Below, piece by piece: positions 8,387 through 16,967 of a DNA stretch of 47,254 bases; positions within the stretch are counted from its first letter, which is position 1, and each line of letters begins with the position of its first letter. The notes under the pieces are model-generated. The model saw nothing but the letters and a program-made list of their open reading frames with translations, was not told where the DNA came from and made no database searches. Origin of the DNA: a bacterium (GTDB lineage: Archaea > Thermoproteota > Bathyarchaeia > 40CM-2-53-6); NCBI GenBank assembly GCA_021323995.1, contig JAJPJY010000091.1:1-47254 (forward strand), in the 5' to 3' direction. The position numbers were made by a program, and so were the translations under genes.

Positions 8387-8959
8387 GTGGCCAAGACTGC
8401 GATCCTTGTTGACAATGCGTACTTGGAAAAAGCCGCTATTCTCTACAATGCTTATCCAGTCGATATGACCAAGCTTCCCCAAGTAGTCCTCGCCAAGGAT
8501 GACGAGCACTTCAAGACATATGTCTTCGATGCCCTACCATACCTTCCAAAAGAAAACGCCACGCCAGATCAAAAGGAGAAGCATGCAAAGAAGTCGAGAT
8601 ACCTTGATGCTCTACAGTACAAGGAGCGGCTTACTGTCGAACAGGGACATGTCACAGGAAAGGGAAGGCAGTGTCCTAAGTGTGGAACGAAGACGCTAGT
8701 ACCGGTCCAGAAAGGAGTGGATGTTCGAATTGCAGTCAGGATGGGGTCCTTGGCGCGGGGTGGAATGGAAAAGATCGCTCTAATTGCCGGGGACGCAGAT
8801 TTGGTTCCTGCGGTCGAAGATGTGGGGGTGACAAATACGATAGTCAAACTCGTCTATGCAAGAGTGCATGAGGTAAACACGAGTCCTCGACTAATCATGG
8901 CATGTCCCGAGAAGCATCAATTGACCCCCCAGGATTTGCAGTTCCTGAAGCTAACATAG
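8387..8959 (+). CDS. NYN/LabA-like (DUF88) domain protein with an inserted zinc ribbon
   Basis: 190 aa with a GTG start. TAILVDNAYL, KGVDVRIAVRM and IALIAGDADLVPAVE are the acidic NYN/LabA motifs. CPKCGTKTL sits between motifs. Confidence 0.72.
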   Translation: MAKTAILVDNAYLEKAAILYNAYPVDMTKLPQVVLAKDDEHFKTYVFDALPYLPKENATPDQKEKHAKKSRYLDALQYKERLTVEQGHVTGKGRQCPKCGTKTLVPVQKGVDVRIAVRMGSLARGGMEKIALIAGDADLVPAVEDVGVTNTIVKLVYARVHEVNTSPRLIMACPEKHQLTPQDLQFLKLT

Positions 8960-9007
8960 ATCGGGTACAGTCGATATTTCTCTAAGACGCGACAGCCCCT
9001 TCCTGTC

Positions 9008-9382
9008 TTGCCACCTGAGATTTGTGTGCAAGTCCTTCTCGACCGCGACAGACGGAGAAGACTTGAGCGATTTACCAAGATGCACGAAGTCGAAACCATT
9101 CTTAAGAATGCGGCCAAGAATCGCAATCTGATAGATCGTCGTGGACTCGAACAAGTCCTGTCCCATCTCGTGAACCAAGATGTGTGGGCAAGGCATGAGA
9201 AAGGAGAAACTCTCAAAGAAATAGCCGAAGACTATGGAGTCACATTTCAAGCGATTTGGTGGAGAGTTTGTAGATGGCAGGAGGCTCTCTATATCAAGGA
9301 ATATTCTGAGGAACCACCTCCGGAAAGCTTCTACGGACCAACCGAGAAAATGGTCCGGCGGATCAAGGACATGGGACCTTGA
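9008..9382 (+). CDS. small helix-turn-helix protein (alternative ATG start at 9083)
   Basis: ETLKEIAEDYGVTFQAIWWRVCRW resembles a sigma-r4/resolvase-type HTH. The stop overlaps the next start (TTGA). Confidence 0.42.
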   Translation: MPPEICVQVLLDRDRRRRLERFTKMHEVETILKNAAKNRNLIDRRGLEQVLSHLVNQDVWARHEKGETLKEIAEDYGVTFQAIWWRVCRWQEALYIKEYSEEPPPESFYGPTEKMVRRIKDMGP

Positions 9383-10218
9383 TCGACCTCCAACGCTGGA
9401 CACTCGAACAATTCTGTCGAAGGCATGAGATAGATGTAGCAGAGATAGACAGCACGCTCACCTACAGTGAAAACATCAAGCATCTCTGGGATGTTGTCGG
9501 ACGACCCCTCGATTCCGTCAATCCTGGAACAGAGACTTCAGCCAAAGCAGACCTAATGAGTCGAGTAGTATGGGAAGGCCATGCTACCATCTACTGGCAA
9601 TTACTGAAGGACTTGACCGAGATCATCAAGGGTCGCCGGGCTAATGATGTCCAGACCCGTCATCAGATTGGGGTTCGAATCAACTACGCGAGAGCTCAAA
9701 TCTTCGAAGGTGGAGAATTTTCCGATGAGCATGGTTGGAGCGGTGCTTTGGGCGTTATGATGGAAACCCTCGCTAAGAAGCTGGATGTTGGAGTCAGCAC
9801 GCTTTACCAGTCAGCGGATTTTGCTCAAAGGTTCCCGGATTGGGATGGGTTCGCGAGTGCGAAGTTCGAGGTTCCGGGGAAGAAGCGATTCAAGACCGGA
9901 GGTCATGATATAATCATAAAGTCCGGAAACGACCTGAAATGGACAACAGTCCTCCGGCATGTCCTATATCCGGGCAAGAGACCCCCAGAAGCGCCTCCTG
10001 TCAATCCCGTCTGCTGGTATGATGAAAGCGGGCTCTGGGATTGGGTAGATTCTGGATGCGAAGGTGAGGTGAAGACTCGCACGATCAAGATGTGCGAAGA
10101 GCATTGGGAGGAATTCAATATCTGGAAGGAGCTACGAGAGATGAAAGGGCCCCCCTACGCTCCTCCGCCTGACTGGTTCAAACACTCCGAAACGAGACAA
10201 ACGAAGATCGAAGGTTGA
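9379..10218 (+). CDS. hypothetical protein (possible internal HTH: LAKKLDVGVSTLYQSADFAQRF)
   Basis: 279-aa ORF translationally coupled to the upstream gene. No enzyme motif was recognised. Confidence 0.5.
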   Translation: MIDLQRWTLEQFCRRHEIDVAEIDSTLTYSENIKHLWDVVGRPLDSVNPGTETSAKADLMSRVVWEGHATIYWQLLKDLTEIIKGRRANDVQTRHQIGVRINYARAQIFEGGEFSDEHGWSGALGVMMETLAKKLDVGVSTLYQSADFAQRFPDWDGFASAKFEVPGKKRFKTGGHDIIIKSGNDLKWTTVLRHVLYPGKRPPEAPPVNPVCWYDESGLWDWVDSGCEGEVKTRTIKMCEEHWEEFNIWKELREMKGPPYAPPPDWFKHSETRQTKIEG

Positions 10219-10587
10219 CCGAACAAGTAACTCCAGATTTGCTTTGAGGGAAACAACCCTCGATTGACCCGAACACATCAAAATCGACCAATCTTTCACT
10301 CTTCAGATATCGGCGGGTGATGGACAAACATCTCAAGATCGACTTTCAGAATCACGAAAAAATCCCCGATGCGATTAGTAATGCTACCGAATATTTTTCT
10401 CACTTGTGCGTTCGTCGCCAGATATCTACGGGTAGCGTACTAACATCTTTGGATTGAAAGTCACTCCGGGTGCCTATAAAGAATGCCCGCCCTATCTCTT
10501 AGAGACGAAATGATCTCAACACCAGATGTCTATTGCGAAGTTTGCAAAGGGGAACATCATCCCCCAGCTTGCCGGAGGTGAGTTAGT

Positions 10588-10794
10588 ATGGTATGTGAGC
10601 ATAAGGAAATCGTTCTTCGAAGTCTCCAGCGGCGCTATCCAGATCGCTACTACGAATATGACCCCGAATCCAAGCAGTACATTTTCCAAAATGAAGCATA
10701 CGATGACGACCACGAGCAAATCTGGTTGTGCACTGAATGCGATGCGGAGCTGAAGGCAGACGATATTGTCGTAGATAGCAACAGCGACTATTGA
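10588..10794 (+). CDS. small acidic cysteine-containing protein
   Basis: 68 aa. It is preceded by GGAGGTGA 6 nt upstream of the ATG and contains LCTECDAE. Confidence 0.45.
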   Translation: MVCEHKEIVLRSLQRRYPDRYYEYDPESKQYIFQNEAYDDDHEQIWLCTECDAELKADDIVVDSNSDY

Positions 10795-10891
10795 CCCTTA
10801 GCAGAGGTTGAGAATAGGTGATATCTGGCGATAGTTTTAGACTGCCGATCATAGGATATGGTAGAGAGATACCTCCCTTAACTGCCTCTCT

Positions 10892-11491
10892 ATGCTTGGT
10901 AGGGTTCTCTATAGTCAACCTCGGGGCGGAGTGCTAAAGTTGGTTGCGCCTCTTCCCCGAGGGCGGCGGGAGCGGAATAAGCAGTTAGGCGACTTTCTGG
11001 AAGATGTAACCGAGTACGCTCTGTGGGCTCTTAGAGGCATTGAGATCGTCATTCAGCATGAGCGGTTCCGAGACCCAGACCCAACAGTGCAGGAGCATTC
11101 CCACTATCCTTTGTCAAAACTGATGCCAGATTTCCGTATCATTCTTCGGGACCTAACCTTTGTCGAGGCGGAGAACAAGAACCTCAACACCCACCAAGAC
11201 TCCGCGTGGATAGAGGAAAATATTCTGAACAAGAGTTGGAGCCCGAATAGTCGGCGGGTCATAATCACTCCCAAACTATCGAATCTCAACATGCCCGCGA
11301 GAAAGCTGTTATCTGAGTACCATATAATCGAAACCGTCGAACAGGTTCAATCTTCCGACGATATCGAGGCGATAAAGCTCCTCATCCGAAACCTCGGAGA
11401 CTTGTTCAAAGGAATCATGGTATACAATCGACAAGGGCACATCTTACCGCCTAAGGTTCTGCCTTTCGGAAATCAGCCTTGGAGGCGGTAA
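10892..11491 (+). CDS. hypothetical protein
   Basis: 199-aa ORF in the co-directional gene train. No motif was recognised. Confidence 0.42.
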   Translation: MLGRVLYSQPRGGVLKLVAPLPRGRRERNKQLGDFLEDVTEYALWALRGIEIVIQHERFRDPDPTVQEHSHYPLSKLMPDFRIILRDLTFVEAENKNLNTHQDSAWIEENILNKSWSPNSRRVIITPKLSNLNMPARKLLSEYHIIETVEQVQSSDDIEAIKLLIRNLGDLFKGIMVYNRQGHILPPKVLPFGNQPWRR

Positions 11492-11505
11492 AGCGGTAAT
11501 GACCA

Positions 11506-12261
11506 GTGACCGAAACAGCCCAACCTCCCGCTGACGATCTCAGCGGAGAAGATAATCAGATTCAGCCCAAATGCGGCTGTCAAAGGATAGAACTTGCTCC
11601 GGGAGTTATCCAGAAGGTACTATGCCCGCTTCACCAGCTTCTAAAGGCCAAGAAAGATGCCCGCGAGATTCGGAGAATCTACCACAGGGTCGAGGAACGA
11701 AGCGCTTACCAGCTTAGAAAGACCGACATACCAAAAACCGAACAAGAAGTCGAAACCAGCCAGCGAGAAAGTGCAGGCGGGGAAGAGAAGTCGAGTCTCG
11801 GTCGCATAAGGGATGATGGGCTCGATAGAGTGGTTCAAGTTGTCCAGAAAGACGCTACTGAGGAATCTCAAGAACAAGGTCTCTCAGAAGGTGTCCGGGA
11901 TGCTTATGGTCGAGAATTAGTACCAACCGGGAGCGAGGTAGGGCAATCTTCCAGTGCGGGAGACGCTCAAAGGAAGGAGTCTTCGTTCATACGAGCACAG
12001 ATGAAACTCGGTAAAAAGCTGAAGCTGGATAAGAGTAAGCTAACTATCGGTCTCAAGCGATGCGAGGCCGTCGAGGAAAACGGTACTAACTGCCCCGACC
12101 TCTTAGAAGGAGTCAGTATCCGAGAATCTACCTTGTTAGACGGTCGGAAAGCGTACCTTTGTCGTCGCCACCGATATCTGCTCAACCTTGAGTTGAACCG
12201 TCGCCGACGGAAGAAAGGACGGTATACGGCGATAATATCGGGACAGAAACCACCTAACTGA
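11506..12261 (+). CDS. hypothetical protein with cysteine clusters and an acidic/disordered centre
   Basis: 251 aa with CGCQ...LCPLH at the N-terminus and CPDL...LCRRHRY plus a basic tail at the C-terminus. Confidence 0.45.
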   Translation: MTETAQPPADDLSGEDNQIQPKCGCQRIELAPGVIQKVLCPLHQLLKAKKDAREIRRIYHRVEERSAYQLRKTDIPKTEQEVETSQRESAGGEEKSSLGRIRDDGLDRVVQVVQKDATEESQEQGLSEGVRDAYGRELVPTGSEVGQSSSAGDAQRKESSFIRAQMKLGKKLKLDKSKLTIGLKRCEAVEENGTNCPDLLEGVSIRESTLLDGRKAYLCRRHRYLLNLELNRRRRKKGRYTAIISGQKPPN

Positions 12262-12313
12262 TGCCATAGTACCGCCTTGACGACGGAGCCCCCTATAGTG
12301 AGAGCGAGAGAAC

Positions 12314-12584
12314 ATGGATAAGCTCGAAAAAGCATTCTTGACAAAGTGCGACCAGTTTGTGGAAGAGAATACCCGCTACCTGAAGGAACATGGTATCGAA
12401 CTGCTCGCCTCAAGTGAGATTATTTCGGACGGAAAACGGTTCATGGTATACCGGGAAGGACCTCGTAACCGAACTCTTACGCCTATGTAAGAGCATATCG
12501 GAGCTTGTCGAAGAGCGACAGCGAGAAGCGGATCTTTCCGACTGGGTCGCTAATCTCTCCAAGAACTCATACTACATCAAGTGA
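12314..12584 (+). pseudogene. two overlapping short ORFs (12314..12490 and 12390..12584) that read as one ~90-aa helical protein if one base is skipped near 12453-12458
   Basis: Frame A reads MDKLEKAFLTKCDQFVEENTRYLKEHGIELLASSEIISDGKRFMVYREG and then degenerates (PRNRTLTPM*). Frame B becomes protein-like exactly there (KDLVTELLRLCKSISELVEERQREADLSDWVANLSK...). The junction lies in cGGGAAGGa. Confidence 0.3.
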
Positions 12585-12588
12585 TTTT

Positions 12589-12789
12589 ATGCCACTTCAT
12601 CCAGCAGTGAAAGAATACCTTAGTCGCCCTCATCCGCCCCAAGCAAATTCCGATACTGGGGCTGGAATGACCGCCGCCGTCGTTGAGCGGTTTTGGGCCA
12701 ATCAAGATCAAATTCAGAAGCGCGTCGAAAAATCCTCGACCCGCCATGAAACAACCGACGCGGTTCCAACCGCAGGTAGTCAAGAATGA
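12589..12789 (+). CDS. small hypothetical protein (66 aa from ATG 12589)
   Basis: The ORF track lists 12505..12789. The ATG at 12589 follows the upstream stop by 4 nt, and the stop overlaps the next ATG (ATGA). Confidence 0.35.
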   Translation: MPLHPAVKEYLSRPHPPQANSDTGAGMTAAVVERFWANQDQIQKRVEKSSTRHETTDAVPTAGSQE

Positions 12790-13364
12790 CAGACGCATTT
12801 GAAACATTCGTAGGAGGCGTGCTCGGTAAACGAGCAACGAAAGTCCTCCGATACCCACAAGATTATCCCAGCACCATTGTTAGGATATTTCTTCAAGACA
12901 ATCCGCCCGATAGCGCGGAAATGAACTTCCTTAGAGAACACTTCGAGGAAGCTCGAAAGAACCCAGAGATACGCCGCCTCATCCAGCGAAATAACGAGAC
13001 CCGCGATCCTGAGGAATATTTTGCAGGACTTGAACGAGTTTTCAAGGCCGAAAAGTCTCAGATAGGGGTTATAGCAGAGCGACCAGAGATCAACCCCAAG
13101 TTCTCATTCAGACAAGATGTCCAGAGGTACCCGTGTGGTCACGAGACTACAGGTCGAGTCTATCAACCGTATCGACAGGATGGAAAGACTTTCGTTCAAT
13201 GTCCGCTCGATGGGAAGGAATGGGAAGTCAAAATTATTCTGGGTAAGCAAGTCAAAGATTCGCCGACCCTAAGCTCACCTTCCGATAACGCGCTCAATGA
13301 CAAGGAACTATTGGCTCACGGTGGCCAATGGGATGCCGGACACGAAAGAAAGGAGAAGAAATAA
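12786..13364 (+). CDS. hypothetical protein
   Basis: 192 aa, translationally coupled on both sides, with a YPCGHE...VQCPLDG cysteine/histidine cluster. Confidence 0.48.
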   Translation: MTDAFETFVGGVLGKRATKVLRYPQDYPSTIVRIFLQDNPPDSAEMNFLREHFEEARKNPEIRRLIQRNNETRDPEEYFAGLERVFKAEKSQIGVIAERPEINPKFSFRQDVQRYPCGHETTGRVYQPYRQDGKTFVQCPLDGKEWEVKIILGKQVKDSPTLSSPSDNALNDKELLAHGGQWDAGHERKEKK

Positions 13365-13366
13365 CC

Positions 13367-14575
13367 ATGGGAATCCTACAGAAAGCAGTCAACAAACAGT
13401 TCTCGAAAACCTCTCTTCCTACCTTGGATAAATCTGAGGCGGCAGAGATGAACACGATAGCAGATATTCTATCCAACCCGACCCTAACACCGGTCCAGAA
13501 GGCGGACTTACTCTCTAAGATGAGTACCTTCGTTCGCGGCAAGAACTCTAAGGTTCTCGCTGATTGTTTCAAATGCGAACAGCCGGATACTGGGCAATCA
13601 ACCGAGACTGATCAAGCGACGAATTTGTTCCCCGCAACCGGTTTAGGCTCTCAAGGTCCGAGTGGTCAAGGTCAACCGGGTTCTCAGATTACTTCAAGGC
13701 GCATGACAACCGTCCGCGAGGAATCATACTTACCGGTCCAAAATCCTCAGGCAGGCGGGCAAGTTTCAGCAGAGCAAGGACAGTTACAGCCCCCGCCCCA
13801 AACGGCGGCTGGACGATCTGCCCTCGCCCAGCGTCAAGCTATGAAGCCCCGAGAGGATGAAGATAACGCCAATCCCGAGTTTCAGTATGATGGTCAAACT
13901 AATCCCCCGGCCCGCATAGCGGCAACTCCCGGTCAGAGTGGTTCCAGCCAAGTATATCGGGATAGAGAAATAGCTCACAGGCGGCTCAAGGCGAGAGAAC
14001 ATCCAGCTCTCATTCCGCTAAAACATCGTTCTGAGGAGTTCGGTCATTCCGCGTCTATCGGTTTCCGAAAATCGTTCATGACCTCCACGAGTGGCGACAG
14101 CTATCGAGTCGATAGCATCTACAAAGGCTCAGACGGCAAATCGTGGTACTTAGAAGGAATCGCAAGCGACGGGTTGGTCGATCTCGAAAATGATCGCATG
14201 ACACCTAATGCGCTCAAAGCGATGGAGGAAGCACTCAATCGCGGTGTGAATGTCTTCGTAGACCACGATCATACAGTTAGCAATCTAATCGGAACGACCG
14301 TGAAAGGTGAGCTTAGGGGTAATCAGCTCAGAGCAGTAGTCAAACTCGAAGACCCGGATTACAATCCATTAGTTAGATCGATTCTTTCAAAGGTCGATGC
14401 GGGAGCCCGTCTTGGGTTCTCGATTGGCGGCGACTTGACAGAGAGCCGCCCCGGATGGGACGGGTCTAAATCAGTTCGCGATATCGACGGCGTAAATCTC
14501 ATGGAGCTAAGCGTCGTGGGATTACCCGCAAACCCCAGATCATTCGTGACTGGGTCTTCCTACAAGGGAGCATAA
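13367..14575 (+). CDS. HK97-family prohead (head-maturation) serine protease domain (S78/U35-like) fused to a ~230-aa Q/G/P-rich N-terminal region
   Basis: The C-terminal ~170 aa read WYLEGIASDGLVDLENDRMTPNALKAM...VFVDHDHTVSNLIGT...LGFSIGG...LMELSVVGLPANPRSFV. These match the His, Ser and E-x-S-x-V-x-x-P-A-N blocks of prohead proteases. I chose the ATG at 13367, 2 nt after the upstream stop. Confidence 0.7.
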   Translation: MGILQKAVNKQFSKTSLPTLDKSEAAEMNTIADILSNPTLTPVQKADLLSKMSTFVRGKNSKVLADCFKCEQPDTGQSTETDQATNLFPATGLGSQGPSGQGQPGSQITSRRMTTVREESYLPVQNPQAGGQVSAEQGQLQPPPQTAAGRSALAQRQAMKPREDEDNANPEFQYDGQTNPPARIAATPGQSGSSQVYRDREIAHRRLKAREHPALIPLKHRSEEFGHSASIGFRKSFMTSTSGDSYRVDSIYKGSDGKSWYLEGIASDGLVDLENDRMTPNALKAMEEALNRGVNVFVDHDHTVSNLIGTTVKGELRGNQLRAVVKLEDPDYNPLVRSILSKVDAGARLGFSIGGDLTESRPGWDGSKSVRDIDGVNLMELSVVGLPANPRSFVTGSSYKGA

Positions 14576-14580
14576 GAAAC

Positions 14581-15813
14581 ATGTCAACACAAGAAGACTA
14601 TCAAGCGATGCAAGCCCTACACGAATTAGTTTATGGGCTCGCTAAAAGAAACATCAAAAGTGCCGCGGACTTTTCCGCGTTCACGAAAGAATTCGACTCT
14701 ATTGTCAGTCAGGTTTTCCAGCCCCAAGGTGGGAGCGAAAATTTTACCAATCTGAGAACTCCTGGAACTGGTCCTGGCAAGGTCCCTGCCTCGCCGGGTC
14801 ATAGCGGCGACTACGATAAGCCTGCAAAGCCTATCGACGGACCGAACAAATCCGCTTGGGATAAGACTGGATTCTACGATTCCTCCGGTGAGAAAACTGG
14901 TTCAGGTTATGTGACTGAGGAAGGTCGCGAGCGATATGGAAGTACTGCGGCTGGTGGAACAGGTGAAAGTGTCGCCAGAACCGGAACTGGTTACTCTAAC
15001 CCTTACCATCCACAGGAAGGAACTGACAAGTATCCGAGCAAGACTGGTTTCACATCTGACCCTACGATTAGAGCAGGTCCCGGAGAGTCAGGCAACTACG
15101 GCGAATCTGCTAAGATCATAACATCTCAGAGCCCCACTCAAACTGGCATTCCTACCTACGGTCCCAACCAGTCCGCAAGTCTCGCACGGAAATCGAGATA
15201 CACCGCTTCAGAAGCTGTCCACGCTATTCCGATGCCCGACGGTACTCTCCCAGGAACAGAAGCGACTCGCTACCAGTATAAGGAAAAGTCAGCATCCCTA
15301 TTCCCGACCTCACAAGAGTCGATTGATACCAAAGGGGCAATCAGTTCCAACACGGCTCAAGGTGAATTATGGCAAGCTCGGAAAGCTTTCTTCGAAAAAG
15401 ACGAGTCGGCTGGTAAGAACGCCACTGCTTTAGTTAAGTCGATGACTCGAGTAGCTTTTCGTGGAACAGGTGACGATAGCCCTGTCGCGCTTGAACGGCT
15501 ACGAAAATCAATACTAATGGAGGAAGAAATGGAGGAGACTGAAGAAATCGGTTCTCCTGCCGCCTCACAAGCCGCTCACGACTTGCTTCTACCCAAAAAG
15601 GAAGAGGAGGAAGATGAGTCAAGGAAGCTTGAGGAAGCCGCTAAGAGTGCTGACAGCAACGCTTCCAGATTCGAAACCATGGCAAAGGATGTAACCGTAG
15701 ACTTTACCGATAGGGCGAGGGCGACCGAATACGCCAAGAACTATCGCCAGACCGCTATGAAACTCCGACGCAAAGCTCGGAGATTCGGTGTAGGGAAATC
15801 TGATATTATCTAA
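14581..15813 (+). CDS. low-complexity G/T/S/P/Y-rich protein with an acidic and coiled-coil C-terminus (scaffold-like?)
   Basis: 410 aa. It carries repeated (K/R)TG(F/S/T)-type motifs (DKTGFYDSSGEKTGSGY, ARTGTGYSNPY, SKTGFTSDP), then EEEMEETEE...KKEEEEDESRKLEEAAK. It lies immediately downstream of the protease. Confidence 0.5.
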   Translation: MSTQEDYQAMQALHELVYGLAKRNIKSAADFSAFTKEFDSIVSQVFQPQGGSENFTNLRTPGTGPGKVPASPGHSGDYDKPAKPIDGPNKSAWDKTGFYDSSGEKTGSGYVTEEGRERYGSTAAGGTGESVARTGTGYSNPYHPQEGTDKYPSKTGFTSDPTIRAGPGESGNYGESAKIITSQSPTQTGIPTYGPNQSASLARKSRYTASEAVHAIPMPDGTLPGTEATRYQYKEKSASLFPTSQESIDTKGAISSNTAQGELWQARKAFFEKDESAGKNATALVKSMTRVAFRGTGDDSPVALERLRKSILMEEEMEETEEIGSPAASQAAHDLLLPKKEEEEDESRKLEEAAKSADSNASRFETMAKDVTVDFTDRARATEYAKNYRQTAMKLRRKARRFGVGKSDII

Positions 15814-15816
15814 GCG

Positions 15817-16176
15817 ATGTCCCGAATAACCATCCTCGCGGCGATAGTCAAGAATAAGATGGTTACCGAGGTACTATCGAGAAGCGATAACCCGAAGTGC
15901 CCGGTAAAAGAATGCCAAGGCAAGATCGTGGAGTTAGAGGCGGAACCGACTGACCTCGGGCAACATCAGTTCGAGTGCTTCAAGTGCCACAAGTTATTCT
16001 TTGGAATGTCCGCTGAATCGGTCTCCAAGAATATCAAAGTCTCCGGTAGAGAGTTATCGATGTGGCGGGTTCGAGTCAAGTCTCAAGGCTACAAGGGATT
16101 CGACCGCCTGAAACTCACTACTGATGAAACCCGGATGGTTCAAGAGATCAAAGCCGGAAGGGCTTTCTTAGCATAG
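15817..16176 (+). CDS. zinc-ribbon protein
   Basis: 119 aa with CPVKECQG...FECFKCHK. Confidence 0.48.
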   Translation: MSRITILAAIVKNKMVTEVLSRSDNPKCPVKECQGKIVELEAEPTDLGQHQFECFKCHKLFFGMSAESVSKNIKVSGRELSMWRVRVKSQGYKGFDRLKLTTDETRMVQEIKAGRAFLA

Positions 16177-16455
16177 ATAGAGTCACGGGAATCTTTCGGT
16201 AGTAATGCCGAGAGTCGGTTTTCAGCTATTTGCTTCCCGAGTTCGCTTCCCGAGACACACATGTCTATCCCTCCAAGAAGACAAACCGACAGCTCAGAGC
16301 CGGGTTGTAGCTCCGAGCATCTTCCTAATAGCCCGTTAACCAGAGCAACGGTTTAGCTTTCACCGGCCTTCCCAGGAAAGATCGCTCGATGCTTATCCGT
16401 CGAGTGCTGGGTTTTGCGATGAAGGTTTCGGGCTTAATCGTTATGTTGTGAAAAA

Positions 16456-16704
16456 ATGGTAACTTCAGGTGCATTAGGCGACTATCCGCAACCGAAACGC
16501 GGGATAGATCCCAAAGAGGCGGCAGAATATCGACCTCCAGAATATTCCACCCCCGCGGAGTATTATGCTCTAAGGCGGAAGCTCGAAGAAGAAACTCATC
16601 CATGCGCGGAATGTAAGAAGCCGTGCCGGATCAAGTTCGATAAGTGTTATGATTGCTCAGGAGGAAGGAAACGGTTTGGGTCATCGTCGAAGTTTCGCAA
16701 GTAG
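16456..16704 (+). CDS. small zinc-binding protein
   Basis: 82 aa with CAECKKPCRIKFDKCYDCSGG. Confidence 0.4.
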   Translation: MVTSGALGDYPQPKRGIDPKEAAEYRPPEYSTPAEYYALRRKLEEETHPCAECKKPCRIKFDKCYDCSGGRKRFGSSSKFRK

Positions 16705-16870
16705 AATATCCAACCAGATTGAATGGGGCGACAATCGAGAAGTTACTGTTTGCCGAAAGTGTGGCAGGATAACTTACTCAACTAATGCGAGGATTTGCTG
16801 GTACTGCTATTCCGGTGCTCGCGCACCAGAGACATACCACGATCCGAAGACTCTCAGAGTGCTTCCATAA
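16649..16870 (+). CDS. small zinc-ribbon protein (true start uncertain; the 5' part overlaps the previous ORF)
   Basis: Contains VCRKCGR...ICWYCYSG. The stop overlaps the ATG of a 33-codon mini-ORF (16870..16971, TAATG), which in turn overlaps the next gene (ATGA). Confidence 0.35.
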   Translation: MIAQEEGNGLGHRRSFASRISNQIEWGDNREVTVCRKCGRITYSTNARICWYCYSGARAPETYHDPKTLRVLP

Positions 16871-16967
16871 TGACTGAGCTGACCAAGAAGATTTGGCGAT
16901 ATTATCCCTCTACTGAGCGACTGGTAATACGAGAGCCGAAACGATCTAAGAATGGACGGTTCACCAA

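Noticed and set aside
14581-15813. The ORF after the prohead protease as the HK97-fold major capsid protein.
   Set aside because: Most of the 410 aa is G/T/S/P/Y-rich low complexity with an acidic coiled-coil tail. Nothing resembles the A-domain/P-domain pattern by eye. It is kept as scaffold-like/unknown pending structure prediction.
16299-16368. A tRNA-like start (GCCGGGTTGTAGCTC...) with a partially complementary ACCGGC ~65 nt downstream, inside the element.
   Set aside because: No D-stem, anticodon-stem or T-arm pairing can be drawn, and the acceptor pairing is only 5 bp. At most it is a decayed tRNA fragment.
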